A stretch of DNA of 64,000 bases from Candidatus Omnitrophota bacterium (GTDB lineage: Bacteria > Omnitrophota > Gorgyraeia > Zapsychrales > Zapsychraceae), in the NCBI GenBank assembly GCA_029261065.1, contig JAJDCB010000011.1:111168-175167 (forward strand). Reading direction: 5' to 3'. Positions 1-15,000 of this stretch are shown one piece after another; within the stretch, counting starts at the first letter, position 1, and every line of letters starts with the position of its first letter. The position numbers were made by a program, and so were the translations under genes. The notes under the pieces were generated by a model. It saw only the letters and a program-made list of their open reading frames with translations, was not told the DNA's origin and did no database searches.

Positions 1-29
1 ATAAATCCTCAAGTCCTTTTACTAAGAAG

Positions 30-3000
30 TTGCTTCAAGAACTTCCAGCCAATTCTAAAGATAATTACCAGGTAGGTCTGATAAAAGATGTTGCGTTGTC
101 ATCTCCTTTGAAAGTGCGAAAAAAATCTAAGGTGCAAAAGAAGAAAAAAGCATTAACAGCAGACTTTGATGGAGAGTTAATCAGAAAAAAATTGGGAAGT
201 TCGGCTAGAGCACTTTCGTTGCTTAATGGGTCGGATTTAGAAACAAACCTCGTGCAAGTGAATAGTAGAGAGAGAAGAGTCATTCATCGATTGATTAAAA
301 CGGTATCTGAGTTCCATCTTATTACGATTCTTTCACTTTCAAAGCTTGAACAGGCCCCTGGTCGCGACGTTATAGAGCGTTTTTATCAAAGTCCAGACGC
401 AAAATATCGAGTTGCTAAACTTTTACAGCTTGTCGAGGTTGCGAAATATATTCTTTCCAACGTGGAGAGTGTAATTCAAAAGAGAGAAAACATAGAAATA
501 TTGCGAGGAAAATATGTAAAGATTCTTGATGAAAATATATGGTCGCAGGATGAATTACAAGAGATTAGTATTCATCTTGATTATGCAATAACAGATTCCC
601 AAATAGTAAAATTTTCAAAAAAGAAAATAGTTGTTCCCGAAGAAAATAACTTAAAGGCTCTGGAACTCCTTATGGTAGAGATTGAGAAAAGAAGTGTTGG
701 GGATGATGGTATCTCCTTAGAAACCTTTTATAACCAGCTTAGAGCAATAATTGATACACAAGAAGCCAGTTTTAGTAGTCTGGCTCGTTTATCAACTTCA
801 TTTGAATATTCTTTTACCGAGATTGCTGTCAGGCGTTTGTTGAATACTAAAGGAGAAGATTTAAAAAATTACAAAATTACGGCTAACACAGCTAGAGGTT
901 TTATTGCGGTTATTGATTTTTATCAAACATACAACTTATTGGCTCTTGGAGTTCAATTAGTTAATTTTATGGAACTAAGGCCTTCTTTGGAATGGGACGC
1001 TTTAAGCGACTCACAAATAGAAAAAATTATGGTTATGAAGCACATATGGCAAGAACATTACGAGCTATATCAGTATATGATTAATTTAAGTAGAACGATG
1101 AACGGGAAGGCAATTGTTGTACATTTTCAAGAAAAACATCAGATGTTATCAAAAGAATTAGAATATTTAGAAGCACAGGCCATACAATTAGAAGAAGAGG
1201 GTAAAAAACTTGTAGAAGATATCATGGTCACGGTCGAGCCTCTTATTTATGAAGCTCAAAGCTTAATATACAAATTTTTTAGAAGAGACACAATTAATGA
1301 AGAAGCCATAGCTTATTATACTCAAGTGGTTTTTGCAAAAGAGGCCGTTGATCGAATTTTAAAAGAAGAGAAAGTTACAGAAGGGACAACAAAAGATTTC
1401 ATCTGGGATCACATGAGAGATTTCGCTCAAACGCCTCCACAAAGCTCAAGCTCAGTTTTGACATTGGAAACTGCGATGCTAATTTTATCACTTTTGATGC
1501 CTTTCGTTCTGGTAGTAGTATTTGCACATTTAATTTACAAACATGTCGGTGAAGAAAATGATCAAAAAATTCTGCACGCATCTAAAGAAAAAGGGGTTGA
1601 TAGAACGGATGTAAAAGTATTTTTTATGACAATATTTTTATTGGGATTAGTTGTTTACAGGCTGCTGTTTGCTGATGCTGTTGTTATTGAGGATAGCGTC
1701 ATTCAAATAATTAACAAAAGATGGTTTAATGATTTACTTGCTGTGATAACGGTGACAATAATTATTAATATTTTTATAAATATAGTCAGATTAGTGGAGG
1801 GTATAAAAAGTTTTGATGTCCAAGTGATGTTGAGAGCTACTACATATAGTTACTTGATTACCGAATTGTTTATAGAAACATTCCAAAGGGGATCTCCTTT
1901 CATTGATCTTTTTCTTGGATATTTTTATTATAGTGACTACATTGCGTTTGGTATAAGTCTTGCTTTATCGGAGTTGTTCATTTTTAAAGCTTATCCAGAA
2001 GGAAGTCGTAAATTTTTTGAGAAGATTACAATAAATTTAAGAAAAAGTAAAGACACTGAAACAAGCGGATCCAGCCCCTTAAACAAGAAAGATAAGAACG
2101 CGCAAATTGTTATCAGTACTCTAAAGCATCTAAATTTCCCCGAAAGGTATCGTAGGCGAATATCCAAAGTTTTATTAGAAGTTTTTGATAAGAAAGGGGT
2201 TGATTTAGTAAAATTTGAAATAAATCATCAGTCATTAGCAAAGAGAACAATATTTTTTAATAAGTTAAAAGATTTTATTGAATCACTCGCAAGTTATGAA
2301 AATGGAATATTTACATTTAGAGTTCAAGATAATACAAAAATAGGCAAATATCTATTTTTACCATTTGATTTAACGCGTGAGATTGAATATGCCTTTAAAT
2401 ATAAGAATGCAGTAACTGATGAATTATATGCCCTTATGGAGAGTCTTGCCATGAGGGAATGTATCTGCGATCCGTTTATTTTACATGTATTGTTATATTC
2501 TATTGGGTATAGAAACTTTAAATATTATATGATAAATGAGCATATAGTCCTAGCCGTAATCTACAAAGGAAAGTTAATGTTTGTTGATACGGCTGCTGAA
2601 TCAGTTAGTCAGGCATTTTATATAGATGAATACTATCAAAAGTATGGGCAGATATGGAGACTTCGTGATGAAAAGAAGGAAAGGTTTTTTCGCCACGTAC
2701 TTTCAGACTATAGCGCATCTGTTAAAGTTGATCACGTAACTCTTGAGGAGATTCACAGTATTTATGAAATTGTGAACCATAATATTGCACTTCATCACAT
2801 GGAGTCTGATAGATACCAAGAGGCTATGGAGCAATTGAATTTGGGCCTTTCTTATAATCCTAACAATTCCGAAATGCTTTATACCTTAGGTTTAGCATTC
2901 CAAAAAACAGGTCAACTTCAAGAGGCGCTTAAATACTTTAAGCAATCCGCTAAAATTAATCCAATGGATCCTGACGTCTGTATTTGCCTAGGAAATATTT

Positions 3001-6000
3001 ATATTGATCTTCAAAAATATGCTTTGGCCAGTCGTTACTATAATCGTGCTGAGCAGTTAACAAACAAGACATCTAGTTCTTTAAAAGAGAAAAGTAATTC
3101 ACCCATGATTGGTTTTGCAAGAACGAAAAGCGGTCTGCTTTTAACAGAACATGAGATTGATATTGATATATTGGAAAACTACGATGGAAGAATTATTACT
3201 AAAGAGCAGATAGTGTATTTGGAGAGCGCTCTTAAATTAGTTCAATATTATTTAGGAAGAGAACGCGTAGATCTTCTTGTTGCTTTTGAAAAATTAAAGA
3301 AGATGGTGGATCTTGGTTTGATAAGAGCAGCCCCATTTGATCGTATTTATGGAACTATTAAAGAAGACCGGACATATGTTCATGGGCATGCAGGTGTAGA
3401 AAAAGGTATTTACTTAGATAACGTTATTCTTCAAAATCCGCTTGAGTTAATTTTTACTTTGATAAATTTGGTTGGCAGCCTTCACGGACAATCTCATTCT
3501 GAAAATAGTGCTTTAAAGTTTGATTTTATTTTAGATAACGGATTCTATGAGGGATTAGTTGAAAGTGGAATCGTTAATCAAACAAAAAAAGATTCTGCTG
3601 ATCAGCCTTCGATAAAATTATTGCAGAATATCATTGTAAGATTCAATCAAGAGTCTCTTCTTATTCGTCAATCTGTAGAAATTCCTAAATATTTACATAC
3701 GGTTGATCTTCAAGCAATTATAAATCACTACCTGTTTGCAATATTACTGAGAATCGCATCAGGGGAGGTTGTTATTTCAGATCGATTAAGGACTTCCATG
3801 AAGCAGGCAATACCACCATTGGAGAATATTCCAGATCATTTGGTTATTGTTGCGGTTCCAGGCACATTTGATCCACCTCATTTTAATCATATTATTGCTT
3901 TGTTACAGGCTATGCTATTTGCAATGCAAAATGAGAAAGGAAGGCGGGTGACATTTATAGGATTTTTAAAAAATAATTTATTCGATGATGAGGAAATAGG
4001 TTATAAACCGTTTAAATCAAAAGCCTATCACAGAGAAGCCATGGCCAAGCAATTAACGGACATATTTTTTCCTTTAATCAATTTTGCAGGTGCCGATTTA
4101 GGATACCTTCAATCGCATTACTATCAAGAAAGTAGCTTAAGACTGATTGATTTGAATCGTTATCAAACAATGGGTTCTCCTAAACCTGTAAGTTTTTACT
4201 TAGGCTCTGGTGCAGACAATTTTGTTAGAAATCGAAAGGCCTTGCATTACATGCTAGGAGAAAGACATGGTGAATTTGAAAACGTAACATTTAGGATTGT
4301 TATGATTGATGCGCGTTTTAATTCTACATTGGAAGGTGGCTCTGTACATGAGATTCCCTTTGATCAATCCAAATTCAGGCAACTCACACAATATTATAGA
4401 AGACCATATGAAATTCATGCGATCGTAGGACTTCAGGCGACACATTTTAGATCAACAGATCTAAGAGGAGGGTTTGGGGACAGTCATGTGCCGGTATCTA
4501 TACGGAATTATTTTAGAATGAATGCATTATATTCTTTGGACAGAATAAGACAAAGCGCACAAAATACAACTTTAGATGATACGGCATTAATTAGATTTTC
4601 CAGTATATATTCTCCAGGCTATGGCGTTAGTGATCATTTAGAATCTCTTAATTGGGAGTTGTTGCAGGAGTTTGAACTGACAATACATCAATTTTATCTT
4701 TTTCACGGTGATGAAAAAGTGCAAGGCTATACTGAACTGAAAATAGGAAAGGGAACTCTAGTTTATATCCCGTTACCGAATTTAGAAGGTCACCCTGAGG
4801 AATTGTTTAATTTTCAAAAGGCTCTAAGAGATCGTTTACGTTCCCTTTACAGCAGACATCAGGAGGGAGCCTTTAAGCAACCCATCATTTATGTTAATCA
4901 TGATCCGGGTAAACCGGCTTCCCTTGTATTTGATCAAGAGGTAGCTCAGTATCCGGATATTCGTCAGTCGATTGAGTATCATTGGGGCAGAGGCTATGTT
5001 GAACACGACCTTCTTTATCAATTAACAAGCAACGTTCCTTCAGCTAGCGTAACGGTATTAGGATTGGAGGACATATTACCTGAATCGACTGTTGAATTAG
5101 GCAATGGCGTTGATGTTGTCTATTTTAATCCAGCTGATGTAACGAAAGGACGTTTTAGAAAGGAATATGCTGTTTCTGAAAATCAGCTTATTGTTTTTGC
5201 TCCGGCAAGGTTAGTTAGAGAAAAAGGTCATATGGATATACTGCAGGTTGCTTTATTACTGCAAAAACAGGGTCAATTTAAGGATGTTACCTTTGTGTTT
5301 GCGGGCTTAGATGATGATCAGAATTTTTTAACAGAAATGAAGAGGTTTATAAAGTTGCAGAAATTGCAGTATAGATTTTTATTTGTTGGAAATCTTAAGG
5401 GGCATCGGTTATTAGAAGGTTATCGAGATTCGGATATAGGATTATTAGCATCACATAGTGAAGGGACGCCTAGATCAGTTATCGAAATGCAGGCAATGGG
5501 TCTGCCCGTTATTGCAACAAATGTTGGAGGAACGGCAAATGTTATTCTAGATGGGGATTCCGGTTATATAGTAGAAAAGGAAGATGTTCCTGACATCTTC
5601 TTTAGATTAAAGGTGTTGCTCTCAAGTCAGGTTATCCGTACAGAATTTGGTGCTGTAGGCCGGGCAAACACTGTTAACAAATTCTCATTAGAAAAATTAG
5701 CTCAAAGGCATACAACTTTTTACACATCGTTATTATCCTCGGAAGATAATGGAAAGATAGATCCATCGAAGAGACAATCTTCACCGATGGAGTCATTATT
5801 CCTACCGCATGACGGCAATGTCATCGAAGACATCGTTTTTGATCCAACCGATAAAGATGCTGAAATAGTTTATAAAAGTGGAAGACGTGAAGAGATAGTT
5901 TCTAATTACATGCCTGAATTTGACTCAGAAATTGTTAAATTTTATAGCTACAGCAAAAGATCAGCCGCTGTTACCTATATCAATGAAAAAGGATTGGTAT

Positions 6001-9000
6001 CTTTAGCCGTGAAACTTAAAGACGCGCCACCGTTTGAGATGTTCACTCCTTTTGATTTCGTTCGTGGAGTGACCGACGTTCGGTTTAATTTAACAGAGAG
6101 TGGCATAGCAGCTATATTCGATTTTAATTATGATCCTGTAAATCCACCGGTACGTATTAAAATAGTTAATATGATAGATTCCAAATTGATTGAAGATATG
6201 TTTACAGGAGCTGGAATCAAAAGGCAGCTATCGGAGCGTTTAGGAAAAGAAGTTCATCCTAATATTGAAGTCCGCTTTTTTGAATCATCATATGAAGGTT
6301 TTGTGATAGTAACCTATAACACACTAGAAGAGAGGAAACGCAAAGTAACAGTTGTACAACTAACAAGCTCACCATTATCTTTAGAAGATCAAGGAAAGAC
6401 GGGTACATATAATAAATCATCACTCATCATGCCTCAGAATGTAGAAGCTGGAGTTGCAACTTTAGCACCAAGCAGTGCAACTTTTACTCTAACCGAACGA
6501 TTAAAATTGATGTTAAGCACTCGCGCTCCTCCAACAGGGTTTAGCACATTTGTTCTTTTAACTATCTTATCAGCCTTAATGTTTTTAACATCCCCCGCAG
6601 CATTACAAGCACAAGAATCTTTTAATCCAATCCATCCAAATATTCATTTGGTTCATGACAATAAAAATAAAAGAATTGTTCCTTGGTCCACACCAATAGA
6701 ACTGCACGATGAAAATAACAAGTGGGTTATGAATTATTTTAGTGGCATGCCCCTTGATTTGTTATTGAATTTTGAACAAAGACAAATTAAAGCACAGAAG
6801 GCTAGAACGAAACAAGCTTTTCCTGAGCCGATTCAAGTTAGGCGAACGAAATCATTAACGATTCACTTTAAGTATATAGAAGAAGGAACGATTAACATCA
6901 TTTTACACGATGCCCATGATGCAACACGAGACATTAGATTGCCACCAGCGCACCTGCAAACAAGCGATAAAGCTTCCGTTACTTTGTTTGTCTCGAAAAT
7001 TCCATGGAAGAATATGAAAGAAGTAGGCGCTATTTCGATCGAATGGGATAAAAGCGAAGAGGCTGGTGTAACGGTTGATACTTTAGAAGGTTTAAAAGTT
7101 CGCCCAATCATCGTTATTCCGTCAGTAATAATAGTAGAATTTTTAGATTTTTTTGAAGCAAAATTAAATCAACCATGGTTGCAAAGTAAATATCAAAAGC
7201 AGGAAAAAGATTATCCGCATAGTTCAAGCCCGGTAGGTACGGAAACAATAAGTTTGATTTCATTGTTCATTGATCCTGCCTTCGTTGTTGGAGCAGTAGT
7301 GATATTAAGTGCTTGGTTCTGGAAGACGCGATTACGTCATCGTGTATTCAATACATATGTAGACGATTTCATCATTGGGATTTTACATTTCGTTGGAGGA
7401 TTGGTTTTTGTAATTGTCTCAGGATCTTTTCTAGATTTCCCTTCGGAACAGCCTGATTTTGAAAAAATAGGTCCGTTTGGATTTTTAATAGCGACTATTG
7501 TTTTACTTATAAGCGGGCTTTTTACAGGAATTATTGGATTTACTTTATTAAAAGGGTTTGTTGGGTATACCCTAACCTTTAATCCGAAACGTATTTTAAC
7601 TTATAAAGATAACTGGAATAATATGGGGTTTCGCTATTTTCGTTATAATACGGATCTATATAGAGATTACTTAGAGACATTAGTTCCAGAAAAATTTGAA
7701 TTGGCTATAAACAATGGAATAAATGAATTGAGAAATCAATTATTTATTGAAAATGAAAAAGGTGAGGGAAGTGATGAAGCAAATTGGACGCAGCATGAAC
7801 AATGGATTAAAAATTATGCTTCCTTGGCAGCCAGTGAATATATAGATCCGATACAACGTGAGTTTATACGGAATGAGGTAATCAATCTTTTCAGGTGGGC
7901 TTATGAGCTTACTGAAATAGCAAATATTAAAACGGGTATTATTCAAGAATTAAAAACTATCGGTGGAGATGAAGCGGTGCAGATGATTGACGATATTATT
8001 TCTTCAAAGGATGATAGATATGATATGGAGGAATTAGTAGGTGTATTAGGGAAAATAACTGGACCTACAGAAGGAATTTCTACACTAGAGAAAGCAATTA
8101 AAGGTTCAGGAAAGAGGACAGCAAAAAGTGCCGTTCAACTTTTAGGCAAAAAAGAAGGTTCGCAAGTAAATCAAATTCTTTTCAATATTATTAAAGAAAG
8201 ACGTCAAGGTTTAGTGTACGACGCTGTTGTTGGCCTTGGGAAAAATATGAGGGAGGACGTCTTATCAGAGCTGATTGATATTTTGAGAAACACGCCTGAA
8301 AGGGTAGGGGAGGAAGCTGCACATGCATTGGGTTCCATTGGAGATGTGAAACACATTCCTGATTTAATGACAGTTCACATATTAAATCGTGGTCCAGGTT
8401 CCTATTCAAATGTTCACCCCTTTAGTGAAGCATTCAAAAAAATATGGAATCGAAATAAAGATAAGACAAATGCTGTAAATCAAGATTATATGGGGCTTGC
8501 CGTTATTTTGGCCTTTATGCATTCAGGAGATCTATTGCACACACCATTATTTGAAGCTCGAAATAAGGGAATAATTACGGGCTATCTATTTAATCATGCC
8601 GAACATCGGCAAGTTACCAATCGTGGTTTTGTTCCGTTAACTCTAGAGCCGGGAATATTAACAGCATCTTATGGGTTTGTTTTTGAACGTAAAGAATTTA
8701 GCATTGAGAAAATGGCGAATAAGCTTGGAATTGCGCCAACATTAATATTGGAAGTTAATGAATCTGGCGAAAAGGACTCTCTTGTGTGGGGGGATGGATT
8801 ACTTCGTGGGAAGGTATCCAATGAACAGATATATCTATATTTACCTTCTGTTCAACTAATACATAATGCCCAGAAGGGTATTTTTGATGGTTTCAACGAC
8901 GTTAAGCTGTTGGGTATTGCACCTAATTTAAGTAAAGTATTTTATGTAATGCCTTATGGGGAAGTATTTAGTTGTTGCATGTTAGGGAACGAATCTATTA

Positions 9001-12000
9001 ATAGAATACAATTAACAGCTAAAGCACATATGAAAAGATTCAAACAGACCTTGAAGAAAAATATTAAGGATTATTTGAATGGACTTACACCAATACAAAG
9101 GGAGAAGTATTTTACGATTGTACCGGTTTCTGGTGAAGGTCAGGAGCCTAGATTAGGAAGAGTTGAAAAGAAAGATCATGAACCCGTATATCTTGAAAAA
9201 GGTGTTCTTTATCAGTTGAATAATAAATTGATAGAGAAGCTACAAGCTGAATTCAGTAAAACCGAAGATAAAGTACTACAAGCACTAGATTTTATTTTCT
9301 GGGAAACTATTTATGAAAATCCTTTAAGAGGATTGCTGCTTGATCTGGAAGATTTCAATGGCCGGTATGGGGTATCCGGACATATGGAAGCAGGTAAGGA
9401 ACGATTAATTCAAGTTTCAGCGAAATTTGATCTTAAAGGATTGAATATAGTTGTAGAGAATGAGGAGATACTATTAGAAGAGGAAGAAAAAAGCACAACG
9501 GCTATTAATGGATTTATTGATCCTAGTCAGGTTATCTATAGAGGGGATGAGAGGACAATACCTGTTAGAAACTTATATGATGTTTTAAGTGTAGTTGCTA
9601 TTTATCATGATTCAACAACCGGCATGGTTATTTATGAAAAAGTTCTTAAAGGAAAAGCGATCATAACAGTTAATGATCAAATTATAAAGATAGATGGTAG
9701 GGAAAGTTTGAGTCAATTGGTTCCAGAAGGAAGTAGAGTTATTATTGAGGAAAAAGAAAAGGTATCAAGCAAGGAACCCCAGTCTCCTGGCATCTCTGAT
9801 CGAACGCCAAGAATCAGTGCCGAAGGAGAAAGAAACTCCTCACCACTAGAGAACCATCTGATGCGCAAAGTTAATAGATTAATGGTCTATTCCAGGAAAG
9901 CAATACGAGCAAAGAGTTACACATTAAAGGAGCATAATGCTCTTCATCGCAGCGCTTATGATCAATTTAATGATTTGATCCGCAACCACAGGCAATTTTT
10001 ACTTAATCCACCAGAGAAGCACAAAAGCAGAGTGATTGACATGCTTATCTCAATGACTGTGGCATTTCCATCGATGCATTATGATTCACAAGTTGATGTA
10101 ACGGACAATATATATAAAACTCAGCATTATTTAAAAGAATTATTATTAATGGATGAAAATATGTTGCGGCAAAGAGCCTTATTAAGGCGGATTGCAATTG
10201 AATTGAACAAATATAAAACCTCCATTGATTCAGTTTATCCTAAATTTAGGATGGGTGTTTCGGCTGTGGTTGATCCATTTGACTATATTCATGATTTGTG
10301 GGAATTGCAGAATATGATAGGATCAGTTGAAATAAGCCTGTCAACGCATCCGCTTTCGTCAAAGAAAAATGTGTTGCTTTTGTCCGTCGGGCAAGAATAT
10401 AATGCGCCACAAAAGTTTACTCACTTCACACTATTTTCCGGACATACGCATCATTTTGAATTTAAATTTGTTCTTTCCGATAAAGATACAGCCATTGCGT
10501 CGGATTATTTGGCTAAGGGATTGACAAGTTATGTTCTAAGATTCACCCGTGATCGAGAAATACATTTAGCTATTTATAATCAAATCACTAATAAATGGAG
10601 AATAGTTTATGAACAAAATGAGGTATCCAAGAATTTATATGATTTCGGAATACTCTCATCGATAAATAATAGACTTACATCGGATAAATTTCCAACATCC
10701 CGTGATACTTTTCACTCAAGCCCTATCAATACTGCCGTGATGTTTATGGGGCGTCCTGTTATGAAGCTTTATACGGGGCATGCACGCGTGCTTTATGAAT
10801 CAGGTCTACCGGAGACGGTCGAACTGTTTAAGAAAGTTGCGGTGGCCTTGGATACACTTGATCCTCAGCAAGAAGAAAACGGGCTTGAAAGAGTTTTCAA
10901 TGTGACTAAGGAAAACGATCCAAGAGCTTTCTATGTTCTTTTTAGCATTCTTCAGGTGGCAGAGTACTTTAAGTTGAGACATTTGATTAAGCAAAATCAA
11001 TGGGCCATTGATATTAATACTTTTATAGGATACAGCCAAGGATTATATGCTGCGGCTTTCTCGGCAGGATCTTTATCCGTTGAGGATTTTGTTAAATTGT
11101 TAATTAATAGTTACAACTATGACACAAAGAATCCATCTAACGAAGAAGAGCGGGTGGGTATCATTATTGAAGGGGAAGATGTGGGCGCAAATAATAATCT
11201 TGTATTTAGGTTACAGCATGTTTTTCCATTATTTGAAACCATTCAATATTTATCTCCAGATATGATTAATGGACGTATTTTGAGTAGGCAGCTCGGTCAG
11301 CTGAAAGATTATCTGTTTACTAGATATGGAAAAGATGTTCAAGTTTCCCTAGATATGGTAGCAAACACGATCACACATTCTACTGGATTAATTGACAAAC
11401 GAAGATTGTTTGAACAATCCATAAAAGATGATGGCATTCAATTTCAAAAGCCTCAAATTCCTATTGTATCGATGAGTGGAGAGCAACTTATAACAGAACC
11501 TCGTCACATTGTTGATGAGTTAGGTGGAATCTTTGATACTAAAATTTTTATTGCCGATGCCATGTCCCAATTAACCCAACGCAATCTGGACTTTGTTTTT
11601 AATCTATCTTTAGAAAAAGATAAATTTATCAAGCGACTTTTTAGACTGCATGATTTAAGAATTCCTTTGGGCACATTTCAGGATTATTTGAGTGAGAGCG
11701 GTGCATTTGGCAGGAGCGGTTCGCCTTTTAAGGCTAATATTTCCAATCTTAAACATCCATCGTTAAGACAAAATTCTTCTCCTCATAAAACAAGAAAAAA
11801 TAGAGATGAAAGAAATCATTCGTCACAAATAATAACGAGTGAGGTGCAACAGTCTTCAACTGTCGATTTGTATACACAACTAGATGAAACAATAGAAAAA
11901 ACGAATAATTTATACTTAAAGAAATACACGATAGGTATAGGCAAGGATGTATACAGCATAGCTACTGATCCGTTAGGTGGTTATTTGCGTGTGGGGCCGG

Positions 12001-15000
12001 TTGTTATTATAAATAGAGAGCATTTAACGCAAAGTATTTCAAATTTGTATCAACAGCATATTTCAATGACAGTTACAGATTTAAATATTAAATGGAGATC
12101 ATTTGTTATTCCAATCATTGCCGCTATGGTACATCATCGTGACGCAATTAAAGATTCTGTTGTCTTTGAATTTGGTTCTGGCCGTGGACTCCTGATTCAC
12201 GAGGCGCTTAAATTGGGTGCTAAGCGGGTGATAGGAATTGATAACAATATCGAAGAACTAGAAAGATCTGTTCAATTGTTTCGAGGATTGAAATATCCTG
12301 TAAAACTTATTCTTGGTTTGGATAATTTGAAGAATGTAAATATGCAAGAAAATTTATTAATACACGATAATATTGAGAGATGGTTGACGCTGAATGCCAA
12401 AGAGCGTCAACAAATTATGGGCACTGATGTACCTCTGTATATTGGAAATATCGGCGAGTTTTATGTAGTTCATGACATGTTGATAGATAGTTTTGTAAAT
12501 CAATCCCGTTTAACTTTCGATTTATCTATTTTGGGAGGCTATGATGGTTCAATAGGTTTTGGCACTGCAGTAACGATTGATAGGTTAAGAAAATTTGGTT
12601 GGAAGGTCAATTTGGTTCCTTCTCAAACGGGAGAGTTAGGTTTTTATGCGATTGTCTTTGGATCTGATTCGAAAATGAAAAGCTCAAACCCGCTCCATTC
12701 AAAGAGGTCAAGGTTATCTAATTCCAGCTCTATGCAAAAAAATAATCCGGAGAAGCTTGTTGAAGCTGGCTTTGTAGGTATCGGTATCGCAAAGGATAAA
12801 CAAACGGCTCAGGAATTTCGGGAAGCTCGTGCACATATTGTTATTCATGGCGATTATCGCAATAAGGATAAATTGTTATTAGCTATAGGGCATTCTTCTT
12901 CATCAAGTGCCATTATGTCTTCAGAGTACAGAAGGACACCAACGTCTTCCCCATTTATTGCGATACACGAAAAAAGAAAAGGTATTGAAGAAAATAAACA
13001 TATAACAAAATTCCTCCAATTACTAACTTTTGGCACGACCTTATTGATATCTGGCGTAGCCCATGCACAGACAGGGGATAGTGCCAATTTGGAAAACAAC
13101 GAATACGGGGCGATAGAATTTCCTGGGTTGCCGATAATTATGGAGCATACAAAACGGGTAAATATTTATACACAAGAAGGGTTTATTATTCCTGGATTTA
13201 CACCGACAGAAGAGATTGCCTTTATGAGTGTATTATTAATTTCGTTGATATTATCTGCGAAAATAATTTTTACTTACATAAAGAATAAGACAAAAGAAAA
13301 AAAGAAGGTTTATAGCGCGAAAGATATCCTTAAATTTATTTTTTCAGTGACTATTTTGGCAATCGCTTTTGATCATTTAGCGAAATTTTTAGCTGTAACT
13401 ATATTTCTAGAAACATTAGGAGATATTACTTTACATTACGTATTACGATTTCAAAGCGTTACGATTGTCATTCAACAGACATTTGAATTTGCATTAGGGG
13501 TTATCTCAATAACGTTATTAGCAAACAAATACAAGATGTTCACAGTAAAAAGTATTCAAGTCGCGATGATATCCCTTGCTCTGATCTTTGCTGGCATACC
13601 ACAAAGATTTTCTGCCAGAGGGTTACCCGTGATAGATTTTATTCCCTTAAAATTTACTCTCGGGTTTAGTCCTGCGGATTTTATGGTGGTAGTAGGTGGT
13701 ATAATTTTTCCTATTGTTGTTTTCTGGAAGTTGTATATGTGGGGCTTAAATAAAATGTTTGGTCATAAAATAGAAAATAGGGTGTTTACAATTCTATTAT
13801 TGATCAACGCAGGCTTTATAGGAGCGCTGGATTTTTACGCGCCAAGTACACTGGAGCAGTATGAGAGTATTTTGTCATGGATAAGTCTTCCCGTATTATA
13901 TGGTTCAACAAAAATTATTAGTCATTTCATCAGAAAAGTATTTGATCAACCATTAGGCAGCTCTTCTCCTCTTACAAAAATAGATCTCAAACGAATAGAT
14001 AGATTAAAAGAGCATATTGAAATAGATTACAAAACAGGAAGATTTAGGCTTATTCAATCAGTGAAAATGATGTTTCACTTCATCATGGTTCGTCATGGAC
14101 TCACCTTCGCAAATATAAAAAAGATAAATCAAGGCCTAAAATATTTTGGACCTCTTGGAAATTTATCGCCCCCTGGAATAAAGACCATTCACACGCATTT
14201 AATTTCAAATTTATACAATTATTATGAACGATACGCTTTAGAGAAAAGGTTAGTGATGGTTTCAAGTGAAATTTCAAGAGCCATCCAAACGCGAGAATTG
14301 ATTGCAGAACAATTAAGGCCGTTATACCGAGAAAGAATTGAGACGTCTGAAAGTCATTTGGCCAATGAAATGAACTTTGGAACTTTGGAGGGAAAGGCAT
14401 TTTCTGAAATAACTCCATATGAAACTCGGATGTATGAACGGATATGGGTGGATAGAAATTATTTATTGCCCTATCCACAAGGGTACAATTTTTTAAGGTT
14501 GTTTGATCAAGCTTATGAACTGCTTAACACAATTAATACAAGCTCTCATCAAACAATGACCACTCTAGTTTCTCATGGTGTCATGATCCAGGTCGCGAGA
14601 GCTCTATTGGGAGACAAGGAAATTGTCGACCAAGATGGTTGGATCGATTTGGGCCAAGGAATGTTACCAAATGCTCAATTAATTTTTATAGAGAAGGATA
14701 CGGGGCGAATAGAAATGCCATCAATATCTTTAACTTCAAGCCCTTTAACTAATGCCTTCAATCCCACAAAGCCAACTGTTCTTATGTGGGTAAGAAAAGG
14801 GGGCAGCACCCTATTTCAAACACAGGGGAATAGGACAAAAGGAATTAGGGCGCGGATCTCTAATCTTTATTCTTCTTCATCGCTAATCGACGGTGGTCGA
14901 ATACCAATACTAATAGCAGATCCTTACAAAAGTCTAATCATAGAATGGGCGAATAAGCCTGATCAAAGCCAAGACTTTTATTTAGGGGAAATACAATTAC

